The notes: generated by a model from the letters alone, not told the origin. 64,000 nucleotides of DNA from Polymyxa betae A26-41 (GCA_003693705.1 RBZT01000219.1:57697-121696); one strand, 5' to 3'. Numbered from the stretch's first letter, positions 19,572 through 35,269 are shown. Numbers and translations are program-made.

Positions 19572-22221
19572 ATGGCTTCCACTGACGCCATCGCCATCAC
19601 CTTGGCTGTAGCATGTCCCATTATCGGTTTCACTGCCGCTGCCATCTTTTACCTGCAGACGCGTAAAATTGAAATCGACCCTGCTCGTGACACCAACTTG
19701 AACTCCAAGACTTCCGAGGTAAATTTTCCGATTTCCGTCGAATTATCAATTCAATGCTAACCGTGCGCCTTGCGTTTTATCAAGGAGATTGTTCACATTG
19801 TTGATGCTATCAGCGAAGGCGCTTACTCTTTCCTGTTCCGCGAATACATGTACATGGCTGCTTTTGTATTGTATGCATATTGTCTCTGCTGTTTAAACTA
19901 TGTAACTTAATTATCTTTTAGCATCTTCGGTCTACTGATCATCTTTGTTGTCGGAATCGCCACCAATCATTGGGTTGATGGTGTTCTTACAATGGTCAGC
20001 TTCGTTGTTGGCGCTTGTACGTCTATAATGTCCGGATTCATCGGAATGGCTATTGCTGTTTTCGCCAACGGCCGCACTGCTGTGAAATGTGCTGAGAGCT
20101 TGCACTCCGGTTTCGTCACCGCCTTCAGAGCTGGTTCTGTCATGGGTCAATCTCTCGTTGCTCTGGGTGTCTTCGTTCTTGTCGGATTGCTGTGGCTGCT
20201 CAATGCCTACTACAACTTCCAAGCCGACAAGGTAAATTCGTTTCGCAGCGATCTGTACTTTCTAACATTTCTTTGTAGGAGGCTTCTGTTCGCATGTTTG
20301 AGGTCGCTGCCGGTTACGGTCTCGGTGGAAGCTCCATTGCTATGTTTGCTCGTGTCGGTGGTGGTATCTATACGAAGGCTGCCGATGTCGGCGCCGATCT
20401 TGTAGGAAAAGTCGAAGCCGGTATCCCCGAAGACGATCCCCGTAACCCTGCTGTTATTGCCGACAATGTTGGTGACAACGTTGGAGACATTGCTGGAATG
20501 GTAATTCTCATTGCTTTCTTTCGTAGCCAGCGTTATAATTCTGCTTAGGGTGCCGATCTTTTCGGATCATTCGCTGAAGCTACCTGCGCTGCCATGGTTC
20601 TGACTACGACTATTGATACCAACTTCGTGTCTCATTCTTGGGCGTTGTTCTTGTACCCATTGTTGATCTGCGCAACTGGTATCATCTTTCGTTCAATTCC
20701 ACCTCAATGATGCTTATAAGCTCTAGGCCTTGTCACCTCCTTAGTCATCGCTTTGGTTGCATTTTACCGCCGAATTCAATACGAGAAAGATGTCGAAACG
20801 GCTCTGAAGCTTCAGCTCTGGGCTACGACCATCATGCAAACTGCTGTTGTTTTCTTTATCACCCGGGTTGTGCTCCCTGATTTTCTGGTTTTCTCTGGTA
20901 ACTCTTCCCAAGTTCACTGGTATCATATTGCGTTTAGCTTCTATATTTGTTGATTAAATTGTTGCTAGGTATTCTATTGCTATTTCTGTCTGCACCGGTC
21001 TTTGGTCTGGTCTTCTTATTGGATTGGTCACTGAGTACTATACATCGAATTCGTATTCTCCTGTTCAAGAAGTCGCCGAATCGTGTAAATCTGGTGCTGC
21101 CACCAACGTTATCTACGGATTGGCTTTGGGATACAAGTCTGTTATCGTTCCAGTTATCTGTTTGTGTGCCACTATCTACATCAATCACACTCTTTGTGGT
21201 ATGTATGGTATTGCTATGGGAGCTCTTGGTATCCTCTCTACTATGGCTTGTGGTCTTGCCATTGACGCCTATGGTCCTATCTCTGACAATGCCGGCGGCA
21301 TTGCTGAGATGGCTCACATGGATCATTCTGTTCGTGATACTACCGATGTTCTTGATGCTGCTGGTAACACAACCGCTGCCATTGGGAAAGGTTTTGCGAT
21401 CGGCTCGGCTGCTCTCGTCAGTCTTGCTCTTTTCGGTGCTTTCGTATCGCAGTCATCTGTGTATGTCCCTTTTTTTCTCAGCGAATGTTCTTTTAAATAT
21501 GATGTAGATTCAAGTCTGACGGAGGGATACCCGTGGTCAATCTTCTTAATCCGATGGAATTCGCTGGGCTGTTACTGGGAGCCATGATTCCTTACTGGTT
21601 CTCTGCCATGACCATGAAATCCGTCGGTAAAGCTGCTTTGAAGATGGTCGATGAGGTTCGCCGTCAGTTCCGAGAGGACCCTGGTCTTCTTTCCGGTAAT
21701 CTAATTTCACCGTTTCTCGATTTATTTTGAACGTCATGTCCAGGTGAATCTCGGCCTGACTACAAACGATGTATTCAAGTTTCCACTGATGCTTCTCTTT
21801 CGGAAATGATTGCCCCAGGAGCATTGGTTTTGTGTACACCTCTTTTCGTCGGTTTTGTCTTTGGACCTCGTGCTCTTGCTGGTGTTTTGGCCGGTAGTTT
21901 GGTCTCATCTGTCCAGCTTGCCATTTCCGCTTCTAATACTGGTGGCGCTTGGGACAATGCCAAGAAGGTTGGGATATTCTATTCTGTGCTACAAATTGAA
22001 CCCTCAACCTGATTCTTGCCTAGTTCATTGAGAAAGGAAAGATGGAGGGGCACGCCAAGGGTTCAGATGCTCATAAGGCTGCTGTTGTTGGAGACACTAT
22101 CGGTGACCCTCTTAAAGACACCTCCGGCCCTGCTTTGAACATTGTCATGAAGCTGATGGCTATATTGTCACTCGTCTTCGTTCGCTCTTTCCCAGAAAAG
22201 GGCTGGCTTCACCTTGGCTAA
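19572..22221 (+). CDS. Vacuolar-type H+-translocating pyrophosphatase, K+-stimulated type
   Basis: [57 protein letters not shown] (Ala at the K+-dependence site), [17 protein letters not shown]. Confidence 0.97.
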
Positions 22222-22583
22222 CTTGGCCATCATTCCCTTGCAATTTTAAACCTGGAATAGACATTCATTTACTTATCGATTTTTTGTCATATTTGTGATT
22301 GAACAATGATTGTGATGGGACCATTTTGAATACCGTTCGTCTTCTGCAATCCTAATTGTCAGATCAGATATTGAACAGGAAGTCAGAGAGATCCAGCTTG
22401 ACGTCTTTGAGAATCGTGCCTTCAACTTGGAAACTTTGTTGACCCCTGCAGGTCGGACTATGCAGGATTCCCATGGCAAAATGATCATCCAACAGAAACA
22501 GTTTCTAAAGATATTGATTTTCACAAATTTGAATATTCAGAGTTTACATAAAGTTATGACTTCTGAGCATTGTATTGAGATGT

Positions 22584-23580
22584 TTAAGCCTTGACATCAA
22601 TTGGCTTGATGCCCATAGCCAGCAGCTTCTGCTTAATACGGCCTTTGCGTTCCTGGATCGACTTTCGAGCCTTCTTGAAGACAGGCCAGGTGGCAGGCTT
22701 CTTGTAAGGTGCTTTGCGAACCTTGAAGCAGCCGCGTTCCAAAGGATCACGCTTCTTGAAGGGATCAGCCCGGATGGCGGCGTGAATCTTCTTGTACAGG
22801 TCCTCGATGTTACCGGATTTCAGGCCGGCCTTGATGAAGGCAGAGAACTGCTTCTCATAAGCAGCTGGATCGTTCTCTTCCAGCTGAGCCATGTATTCAG
22901 CGACATGACCACCATAAATGAGCTTCTTGTGTAATTCAGGGTCGTATTCGGTCTCACCGCTCTCAGACTTGCTAGCGCCTGGGAATCGCTTCTCTGAGTG
23001 AGGAATGTTAAGACCACCATCAACAGCACCCTATGAACGATATTTCAGAAAAGTAATCAGATGCGATTAAGGAGACAGTTACCTTCAGGGCACCAAAGAT
23101 ACGAGCACCAGTTGTGGTACGAGCCAGACCGACATCGAGCAAAGCCTTGAAGGGCTTCTTGGCTTCTTCATCGTCTTCATCAACAGACACGATGAATGGT
23201 TCACCAGTAGCCTCAACAACACCTTCGTAGTCCAGACCGAATTTCTTGTTAACTCGGCGAGCAAGGAGAAGACCAGTAGCATAGGCAGTAGCGTAGTTAG
23301 TGTTGCCCTTAACAGGGAGTCCATAACGAGGCAATTCATGAGAATAGGCAGCAACCAAGCAGTTATCGTGTGTCAGATCTGCAGAGAAAATCTGGCAGAT
23401 AACATCGCGGTTCGTGATACGAACAACGAAGCGGTACTTGGGAGTAGCATACTTGTTCTTATCCTGGGTGACAAGACGCTGACGAGCATAGTAGTCGGTC
23501 TTGTTCTCGCGACGACGGCGATACTTGACCTGGTATCGCTTGTAGTAAGCCTTGTTCTTAACGACCTTGATGAAACCCAT
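22584..23580 (-). CDS. RPL5: 60S ribosomal protein L5 (uL18), 1 intron
   Basis: [33 protein letters not shown]; [28 protein letters not shown]. Confidence 0.98.
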
Positions 23581-23639
23581 GGCTATCTCTGTTGTTTACG
23601 AGATTATAGAAGACGATGATCAGACTGCAAGAACCATTT

Positions 23640-23652
23640 CGGAGTCCGTCAC
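23640..23652 (-). promoter_or_regulatory. ACGGA-N-TCCG motif upstream of RPL5
   Basis: GTGACGGACTCCG on the gene strand, 60-72 nt upstream of the ATG; related motifs lie upstream of RPL14, RPL18 and DRS1. Confidence 0.6.
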
Positions 23653-23977
23653 GCATTTTCCATTCATATACGAGATCTCCCCTAAGTATATCAACTCATA
23701 CATCCCCAAAATCAGAACTTTCTGTTTTTGCATGTGACTTAAATCGTCTGATATCAATGTTCTGTTGATTAAGCGAGTATCAGGCTGCAATGTAAAATCA
23801 GCATTAACTGGAAACTGGCGTTACGTGTAGAGAGGATTTCGTTACTTTCAAATTTGTAGACCTGAGACATGATATTTAATGAATGTTAATACCATATTGG
23901 ATAATATACAGATTGTAAGGATCGAATGAATACAGAATCGCTCTAATACAATCATGAAAGAGCTTAATATATGTTAT

Positions 23978-24237
23978 TTATTTGGAATCTTTACGAACTT
24001 CTTCGTGCCATTCATCGACTTTCTTCTTCACCAACTGGAACGTCTTTTCAACATTTGGAATGGAGTCATATCTGAATATAGGAAATATTGATCAGATATA
24101 CAGAACCAATACTACATTCTGTCATACGTTTGTTCTAAATAGATGCCAGTAATCACTATTAACCATTATTTAATACAATAAGACAATGTCTTCCTATCTT
24201 GCCTACCTCCGGTTATAAAAGACACGAATCGGCTCAT
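23978..24237 (-). CDS. STMP1: STMP1/DUF4535-like 50-aa mitochondrial micropeptide (3 exons)
   Basis: Exons 24237-24207, 24155-24128 and 24071-23978 give MSRFVSFITGVITGIYLEQTYDSIPNVEKTFQLVKKKVDEWHEEVRKDSK*, matching the family pattern GxxxGxYLxQxYxxPN. Confidence 0.8.
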
Positions 24238-25430
24238 AACGTTGGAACAAAGCAAGAGGGCAGATACCAGACGGACGGAATGTGGTGCTGGGATCTAGTA
24301 CGGTCGCGATCGTCCTGACACCTGAATTTCGTAAACTTGATCAGAAGTCGATCGTAATATAAATTCACCGATTTATCTTTGAGCGGTGATTTCATTCATC
24401 CTTGATTTCTTTGAAAATCGGTTTGCAGACGTTGGCTTTCAGTTTGCAAAACTATTGAAGCTTGTTCCAGATAGAGACAGATTATGATCAAGGATATCTT
24501 TTTGACCGAGTTACTATCAAATAGCTCAAATCATGTAAATTCCATCATAAGATTACACAATAACATATCTTTATTATCAATGACATTACAGAATCGTGAG
24601 AAACTGCACTTCTCTATAATTTCCATCATGAAACCCAATTCACAAACCTCAGAATATCTGACTATCAACAAATCAGAGCCAGGTCACGTCATACTACATT
24701 TGAGCGTGCTCTGCTCTACTGGCCCGTTGCGCCAACTTAATTTACAAGATGCGGTCTCGAGTCGACTATGAGATCGTGAAGCCATACAATTGTATGCAGC
24801 ATACAGATTGAGATAAGTGCCAGGGCTGATACTCATCATTTACTTCGACCATAACAAGCCCACGACTAGCATTTGTGCTCGAATAAACGTATGAGAGATA
24901 TTTTTGGAATCCTATTTTGTTAATAGCTGCAGTAAATAGAGTAACATGCTTATTTGTATATGGTAACAAGCAGTTAGAAAATTATTAGTGATTCAATCGC
25001 TATTGTCATCGTCGCCTTAACTGTCAGAAACTGTAACAGCTTGAAAAAACATTAATATCGGTTCCATTATGATGGCTTGACGATTTCACGTCATCAACCT
25101 CACGCATGTATGGCAGCAACGACATGCACCAACATCAATAATCGGGAGAGAAATTTTAGAGTACTTCGCTCCCCAAGTCTCACGAATTACGTGGCCTACC
25201 TAGCTTATATTGAATGATGCGAAAACCTTCAAGACAAGGCAGTATAATCCAGTTGATGAGCGATATGCAACAGGTACTTTAAGCATAGAGCTCTAGCTGG
25301 TTATAGACAGATTCCAGTACTGATGATTACTAACATACTTGTAACGTGCATATTAATAAGATGATAATACAGAAGAGGCCGAGTTCGTATATGCATGTCT
25401 GCGTTAATAGTGCGGGATCCTGTATTAGAT

Positions 25431-25445
25431 TCACGGACTCCGTGA
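25431..25445 (+). promoter_or_regulatory. Perfect palindrome TCACGGA-C-TCCGTGA upstream of RPL14
   Basis: 50-64 nt upstream of ATG 25495; shared with other ribosome-related genes. Confidence 0.6.
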
Positions 25446-25494
25446 TCTGGATAATCTCGCCTCCGATCTCCTGTAAAATCTCGTCGTCGTCACC

Positions 25495-25896
25495 ATGGTC
25501 TTCAACAAGTTCGTCGAGATCGGCCGTGTCGTCTTCATCAATTACGGCCCCGACTACGGCAAGCTGGCCGTCATCATCGACGTTGTCGACCAGAACCGTG
25601 CTTTGGTCGATGGACCCAGCGTCAACCGTCACCAGCTTGTTTTCAAGCGCATGACTCTGACTCCCTTGAAGATGTCCATCTCTCGATGCCCCCGTCGTGG
25701 CACCCTCTTGAAGGCTTGGGAGAAGGATGAAGTTGAATCGAAATGGTCCAGCACGAGCTTTGCTAAGAAGATCGCCAAGCAGCAATCTCGGGCCTCGCTC
25801 ACCGACTTTGGCCGATTCCAGGTCTTGATGGCTCGTAAACAGAAGGCATTCCAGCTGAAGAAGGAGTTGTCCCAACTCAAGAAGGCCAAGCAGTAA
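25495..25896 (+). CDS. RPL14: 60S ribosomal protein L14 (eL14), intronless
   Basis: MVFNKFVEIGRVVFINYGPDYGKLAVIIDVVDQNRALVDGP...RASLTDFGRF. Confidence 0.97.
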   Translation: MVFNKFVEIGRVVFINYGPDYGKLAVIIDVVDQNRALVDGPSVNRHQLVFKRMTLTPLKMSISRCPRRGTLLKAWEKDEVESKWSSTSFAKKIAKQQSRASLTDFGRFQVLMARKQKAFQLKKELSQLKKAKQ

Positions 25897-25989
25897 ATCT
25901 GTCGTTTATGACAACCAAAAATAAATTCATCTTATCTACAATCGCTTCTCGACAAGTTCTAGACTTCTTAGCATGTTAAGCACAGTTTA

Positions 25990-27793
<1,804 letters not shown>

Positions 27794-28080
27794 CGCCTGA
27801 TTGATCGATGATATGGCTGTTACCTAGGTTTGATGTTGCCGAAAAGCCACGACTCGATTTGAGAATCGTCGCGGACTTCAAGTCGTATTCTACTGGAGTT
27901 ATTGTATGCTGTATAGGATTGCATTTCTAAGCTGAAAAAGAGAGTTATGATGTAAATCTACCTTTAGACTGGTATATAAAATCTATTTCAATATTGCTTG
28001 AAGTTTATGATTGAAACGTGGCTGCAGTCGGGATCAGACTTAGGACCCTGCTTATTTGTTATTAAACTTTCGAAACCATC

Positions 28081-30810
28081 ATGGTCGTCAATGATGTCGC
28101 GTCTCCAATTCTGTCCAGTTCACAGATTCAGACCGTTCTTGATGCCTGGCAAGGTTCGCTGTGAGCTAATATTGTGTCGATTGATAAACACAGAGAAGGA
28201 ATTGCTCTGGATGAGCTTCGGCCGATGATAGACCGTCAGGCGTTAGCGATGAAATCTGCTGAAGAACGAAGTCAAAAAGCTCGAAGGCAACTAGCACAAC
28301 TGTTGAAAGTCATAAAACAACTACAGCAATCGGAACAAGACCAAACTATAGTCAATGTATTTTTTTTCGATCGTATAATCGCCATTAGTAAATTTCGGTC
28401 TCTCAGAAATCAATTGCTGATATGGTCAAGTCGTTCCAGAAAGAAGTCGATGAATTAACTAAAAGGAGTACATATGCCGAAAATTGTTTTCAGCAGGTAA
28501 TTCGGCACCAAGGTCGCTTCTGCTTCACGGGTTGAGCTCACCCTTTATTCAAGGTTTACAGTAAACTTTACGTAGCACCAGATCCAACAGTTGCATTGTC
28601 AATGGCAGTCCTGTACCATAAAGAGAAGGTAGAAGCCGATAGCATGCACAAAGTTTCCTGGATTGATTTTTGCAAAGGAAAGGACGTCGTCTCTCCAGCA
28701 GAAACTGCATGTTTATGAATCTGAACTTAATCAAGTTAAAAATCAAGAAGTAGTCAGAAAAATTATCACTTTGTTTTTCAGACAATTGCTTTAGGTTACT
28801 ATTCGAGAGCTAGAACTACGTATCAAAGAGCTATCTGAAGGGGAAGCATCACGATCCTGTAAGGCACTTTCATACGTTTGAATTTAGTTATATAACGCTT
28901 GTAGCCAATGATTTGAAGGCGCAAGCAAAGCAATTTGAACTTGAACGGACTCGTTTGGTGAAGGAATCGCAAGCAAAAGAAGATCTGTTACAGCAACAGG
29001 TCTATATATTCTGGTTGTTATTTTTTGGTTCGCTATGAAATGACTAGCTCATTAGCTTCACAAATGTCGCGATTTGCTTTCGAAGACGCAATCGCAATTG
29101 GACGATTTACAGAGTAAGATGGTTGTAATCCATGATCGAAAAGAGAAGGAGGACTCGGCTCGTGAACAATTCTCAAACTCAATTAGTGAAGAGTTGATAT
29201 TTGTGAAATCTCAGCTGGCTTCATTGAAGCATGATAACGTAAGCTAGCGTGCACAGATTCAGCGATATCGATATGGCTTTAGGCGATATTAAAAGCTTCG
29301 TTATCGCGTGCATCAGACCAGTCGACCAATGAGGTTTTATCGGAAGCTAAACGGCAATCGTTGGAGTCACAGCAGGTGTTAGGTATCTTATCAATACACC
29401 CGAAAGTAGCTTTGTTAAAAACTGTTAGAGAAATTGCTACGCGATTATAACGCGTCGTTACAACAGAATGAACTTCTGCGTCAGCAGCTTAATGATGAAA
29501 TTAATACTAATGCTTCAACTGAGAAGCGATATCAAACAGAAATCGAACTTCTTCAGCAGAAGACCAATTCTCTTCAGGTAGTTGTTACTGTTTTTTCGCC
29601 GTGCCAAATGTTGACTTCATTATTCAGGATACTATAAAGTCGCTCCCTTCTTTAGATGTAGTGAACTCTCTAAAGAAGCAACTCAAAGTGCTTCAAGTTT
29701 AGTTGTATCTACATATGCAGTTCATGTTTTCTTAGAAACGTTTGTTAGATGGTCAGTTTTTCTGCCATCGAAGAAGGAGAGGCGTCAACGGATCTAGAAA
29801 GAGCTTTGCTTACGAAGGCCCAGAAACTCGAATCCGAATTGACCAAGTACTAGTGAATTGCATCAATCGGGCATTGATGATGATACTTTTCAGGATGCGA
29901 ATCGAGCAAATATCGTTACAAAAACAGCTTGAAGAGGCATCATCTTCTCTGCAAACCAGCCAAAACCAGGTATACACAGTCGCAGTCAGTTTGATTCATA
30001 TTTATCCAATTTAAACTCAGAACGCTCATTCAAGCTCCATAATGGAGAAACTTGAGTCCACGATAGCAGATCTTTCAAGAACCCCAAGTAAACCTTTTCC
30101 GAAGCTCAAGCAGTCATGCCTAAAGAACTCTGACCTCTTTGATCAATAGTTGCTGGATCTTTATTCATGTCGCACCAAACTTCGATGTCGAATACAAGCG
30201 AGATAATAACAATTCAACGTGATCGATACAGAAAAGCAGTGGAGGTATTTCAGCATTTAGGGTCACAAATGATAGACTGAGAGTTACAAGTCTCTCGAAG
30301 TGGAGAAATCAACCCTACAAAGTCGCAATGAATCGCTTTCACAGCAGTTAGGCACACTTCAGAAGGACAACGAGAACTTGTACTTAAGGCTACAAGCCAT
30401 ACAGTCTTATAACAACAAAGGCCAAGGTATTCGCAGGCAATTGATAGCCGATCTTCACCGTCTAAAGTTTGGTTTCAAAGCTGATTTGGAATCTGGACGC
30501 GCTGTGGAAAGTAAGTATGCCAAAATTATCAACGAAAAACAAAACCCGTTCAAAAGATTCGCCCGTTATCAGAAACAGAAAAGGTAACAGGAATGTTTTT
30601 CTTGCAACTGTAAATATAATGCTCATATACAGCTACGCTGAGCTAAATATTATGGAAAAAATGATTTTGAGCAGTACTAAGATGTGTCTGGGCCACAAGA
30701 CTCTGCGAACAGCGACTTTTCTCTATATGGTCACTTTGCATGCTTTGGTTTTCATCTCTCTGCTGACACATACTGTTTTGTCACATTGTCCACAAAATTC
30801 AAAGCATTAA
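28081..30810 (+). CDS. CASP: Golgin CASP/COY1 (CUX1 alternatively spliced product homolog), multi-exon
   Basis: N-term KSFQKEVDELTKRSTYAENCF; C-term IQRDRYRK, LQKDNENLY, NPFKRF, and TM RTATFLYMVTLHALVF with the conserved Y/H. Confidence 0.85.
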
Positions 30811-30840
30811 TGATTAATATGCGTTTGCGTCAACATAAAC

Positions 30841-31765
30841 CTATCTGTGATTCTGTATGATGATATCGTTACTTTGAAGAGTAAACATGCAGCCAACGGG
30901 CACATGGTCGCTGGGCCAAAATGCATTTGGCGGAGGATCTAATGTCATCGTTTGCAGATCAGCGGCTCCTTTCAATGCATGAAGGGCTGCTACCGGTACC
31001 AGATTCGTTCTTGTGTAAAAAATGAAGTCGAGTTCATAGGACGCAGCTTGGGTGAAATACGACGGCAGCCTCTTTTTATCAGCTTGAGCTGAACAGAATC
31101 GATCCATAAAATGTTCTACATCTTCGAAAATGAATTGATGCGGTTCTTCAAGTTTGCCATGTAGAAAATCTGCCACATTGCTGTCGTCATCGTCGTTGAA
31201 ATCTCCACATAAGATCACTGGGCAACTTTCAATGTCGTACTCAGAGTCTACAATATGTGTTTCAAGACGATGTAGAGCTTTCCTGGCTTGATGTAAACGC
31301 ACATCTGCTTTATCTGGGCTCGCTTGCAGGTGCATATTGCCAATAAAAATATTTCTTGACTGCACCTTCCAACGAAGTTGAACTAACAGCGCTCTTGATC
31401 GTGATTCGTGCCAGAGAAGTTCGAATTTATCAGACTGAAAAAGCACTGCTGTGACAAATAATGGCATGTGCGACGATTTCTTTGGATCTTGCAGAATCAT
31501 AGTATATCCGTATTGAGCAAACTGCTTCTCTAGATCTCTCATAATAATCGGATCCAGATCGACTTCCTGCAGACAAATGATGGAAGGCATCATAGCAACC
31601 AACAAATTGACGATGCGTTGCAGCCGATGCACCCATGCATGATATTCAGGATCACCTGTATAGCGGTCATGGCGATGCTGTTCGAGACAGGTTTGGGAAA
31701 GAATGTTGAAGGAGACAATCGAGAAGTTGTCACATCCGTGATGGATTAGTGAATTGATATTGAAT
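30841..31765 (-). CDS. Endonuclease/exonuclease/phosphatase (CCR4/Angel/PDE12-like) domain; probably the 3' exon of a gene starting at 32851
   Basis: VSFNILSQ, IICLQEVD, GNMHL, ILCGDFN, LDFIFY, WPSDHVPV. Confidence 0.88.
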
Positions 31766-31845
31766 CTATAGGGAGGATGCATGTATGATAGAAATAAAAT
31801 TGGGGTTAATGGGTATACTTTTGGGGGCACGTGTCTGTATCTTAC

Positions 31846-32851
31846 ATATCCGTTCTCTCCGATTGGCGCTCATTTGATTTACCATTCTTTAACCTAATTT
31901 TACATCGATGGTACATACCATCATAGTCTAATGATTCGACCCGGTTGGGTCCGGTAAGCCTGCTAATTGGGCGAACTCGGCAGTTCGTTGCTACTGGTGT
32001 CGCTTTCGATGCTGGCCGTGATAATGCTGGAGCTGAAAATGAACGCGGGATGGATTTGTCATGATGTCGGTTCTCGATCCTATTCACATTAGGTCAACAA
32101 TGAACTTTCTATATTACACTCAGGAGAAAAATACGATTTCATTTTCAGAAGTAATCTATTAAGCTCAGTGACATTCGCATCTAAGTTTCTTTTGCATGAT
32201 ACAGTGCGTCGTCTTGTTGGAGGCATGAAAGCAGGCAATGGCTTTCCAGGAAATCGTATCACCAAACTTGATTGATAAGGCGTCATCTGCGGTGCTGTTA
32301 CCGGATGAGGCGATCTATAGGCAGATCCTGATTAGGATTGGTGCAGGTCCACATAATGCATATTACTGCAAGGATTTAGAGAATCGTGGTGCTTGGAATC
32401 CAAAAGCCGCTTTTGCTGTTGGTGGTTTTATCCTGTAACCATGATGGAAACAATTCTCGTAATAATCACGGGAGCAGATCGACCCAGAACTGGTCGTACA
32501 TCGTCTTAGGCCTGATCCTCCAAATCGCGTTACACCACGACCAGATAAAGTTGAACGTGGTGTCAATAATCGATCCTCTCGGGTCACCGTATCGCCATTT
32601 GGACGACCTTTGAGTCTGCTGAATGGCTGAGATTGTTTTCGTACTAGAGTGCGACCTCGTGGTCGTTTGAAATGCTGTAGTCTAGTCTTTGGAAGTTTCA
32701 GCATTTCTCTGGAGAATGATGTTTTAAGAAACCGATTGCATGCGATTGTTTGCGATGTCTGAGATGTTTCTGGTTGCGGCAGATGATGATGTGATGAAAG
32801 ATCATGAGCAATGTCATGGCGAGCTGATCGAATCAAGTTTCGGATGTCCAT
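31846..32851 (-). CDS. Arg/Ser-rich low-complexity exons (N-terminal part of the EEP gene, or a separate gene)
   Basis: Three ORFs joined by GT-AG introns; an 80-nt intron 31845-31766 would fuse them in frame to the EEP domain. Confidence 0.5.
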
Positions 32852-33465
32852 TGAACTGGATCAGTATTTTGTACCTAGTTCCATCTAATGGCGATTCAAA
32901 CCACTAATTATTAGCATTTCGGAATGCTTGTTGAAGGTTCATTATTCATCCTTTCTTGTTTTTTTTTTCGCTTTAAAGTTCAAGGTAAGTAAATGCTCCC
33001 AATCTGTGACAGTTACAATAAGATCAAATGGACATGAAGCAACAAATTGTCATTTATGCCCGCTGGCTTTAATACAGCTGACATTGCATTCCAGATGTGA
33101 GCCGTGCTGTTTTGAAGGCGCGTAGTTCTGAATCAGGTCTTTCTTTGTACATAGCAACGCTGCTCGTCGCATTAAAGCTCAAATTTACACGAGTCCCAAT
33201 CCATATTTTTCTCCTTTCACAGAGCGCAGGGCATTGATTACTGCAAGCACATTGCTGAATCTCAACCTGAACTATGTTTGTTGATACCGCTTCCTTTAAA
33301 AAATAAGAACTCAAGTTCTTTACTGTAAAGCTATGTCCTTCAGATAAAATTTTTAAAAAAATGTCAAAAAGTTTTCACAAATGTGTGCGTGATTTAGTAA
33401 AGGCTGCTCCAACGTGTTCAAGTGACCTCACAGCCATTGGTGTCAATCTCATTTCAATTTTGAAA

Positions 33466-35269
33466 ATGTTGGAACTTCATCTTAGGCGCGGATCCGCCTT
33501 ATTTCGCTTGTCATGGCGAAATTTTTCGTCCAGACCTCAGTTAAAAGACGCCATGCCAGAGCGACAAGCACCTGCTGTTTATTCATACAAGGGACGTGTT
33601 ATGACGTCGCGGTCGCTGTATCTTGACATGCAGGCGACTACTCCATTAGGTTTTTATATATTAGCCGATGTTTCAATGGTCTGCTTAATTCCTTTTAGAT
33701 CCTCGTGTTCTGGATGCTATGATGCCGCTTTTAACGGAACAGTATGGCAATCCTCATTCCACTACACATTTATACGGCTGGGAGACCAATGCTGCTATTG
33801 AAGATGCTCGGAAGGTTGCAGATTTCTTGTTAGAGAGCCTCTTTATTAATATTGCAATTAGCATGTTGCTGATACGATCGGAGCTGACCCCAAAGAAATC
33901 ATCTTTACTTCAGGAGCTACCGAATCGAATAATGCTGCATTGAAGGGTATTTGTGTCTACATTATCTTAGTTTTTTATTCAAGCTTAATCTTATGAATTC
34001 GCCAGGAATCGCTCGATTCTATTCAGGAGCCAAGAAGCATATTGTAACTTTACAAACTGAACATAAATGTGTTCTAGATTCCTGCCGTTCTCTTCAACGA
34101 GAAGGTACTTTTTTCTATGTTAATTAGCGTATTAGTGAAGCGTGCTATTTTCAGGATTCGATGTCACATATCTTCCTGTACAAAAGAACGGAATCGTTGA
34201 TTTAGAATTATTAGAGAAAACAATTACGCCAAATACCTCTGTCGTTTCTGTTATGGCTGTTAACAATGAGATTGGAGTAATCCAGCCAGTTGCAGAGATT
34301 GGAAAAATGTGTCGTGCCAAAAAAGTTTACTTCCATACAGACGCTGCTCAAGCTGTGGGCAAGGTCAGTTTACTTTCAACTTTTCATTAAACATTATTCC
34401 AAGACATTATTGCTTTCAGGTACCGATTGATGTCAATAAGATGAATATCGATTTGCTTTCAATTTCTGGGCACAAACTCTATGGTCCTAAAGGAGTTGGT
34501 TCGTTAAATTCTGAGTTTAGCGCATTGACGTATCTGATTTCCTCTAGGGGCATTGTATGTTCGCCGACGTCCTCGTGTAAGGTTGGATGCTATCATCAGC
34601 GGTGGTGGACAAGAACGAGGTTTAAGGAGTGGCACATTACCAGCACCTATTGTCGTTGGTCTGGGGGCGGCTGCAAGGATATGCCAAGAGGTTTTTTGCT
34701 GCTGTATGTGTCCATTATATGATGTCTGAGCAGAGATATTAGGAAATGGAAGCAGACCATGAACATATCATGAAGCTGTCGAAAAGATTGTGGGATGGTT
34801 TGCAACAGCAACTGGAGCATATTGAACTTAACGGCGATGCAATCCAACGTTGGATTGGTAATTTGAATGTCTCTTTCGCTTATGTTGAAGGAGAGAGCTT
34901 GCTAATGGGTCTTAAGGACATCGCCGTTTCGAGGTATCTTATATTTTGTTTATGATTTGCTCCATTGAGTTGCATTTTTAGTGGAAGTGCTTGCACATCG
35001 GCATCGCTGGAACCAAGCTATGTTTTGAGAGCCTTAGGAGTCCACGAAGAGATGGCCCATACATCAATACGATTCGGAATCGGAAGGTATAGGGTGATTG
35101 CTTATGGCAGGGGTTGCTGATAATATCTAGATTTACTACCGAAAAGGAGATCGATCTTGTTCTTGATATGACTGTTAAAGAAGTAACTCGTTTGAGAGAA
35201 CTGTCACCATTATGGGAGATGGTCCAAGAAGGGATCGATCCATCAACTGTCCAGTGGACCCAGCACTGA
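33466..35269 (+). CDS. NFS1: Mitochondrial cysteine desulfurase NFS1
   Basis: Presequence MLELHLRRG...; [61 protein letters not shown]; ends WTQH*. Confidence 0.97.

Noticed and set aside
24484-24969. Short ORFs between STMP1 and RPL14
   Set aside because: No recognisable domains or consistent splice pattern; treated as intergenic
25254-25323. TGATGA…CTGA pair resembling a C/D snoRNA
   Set aside because: No terminal stem and no recognisable rRNA-complementary guide; a similar pair near 15436-15476 is too short
25330-25889. Antisense ORFs over RPL14 (and likewise over RPL18 and RPL5)
   Set aside because: Shadow ORFs caused by codon bias of highly expressed genes
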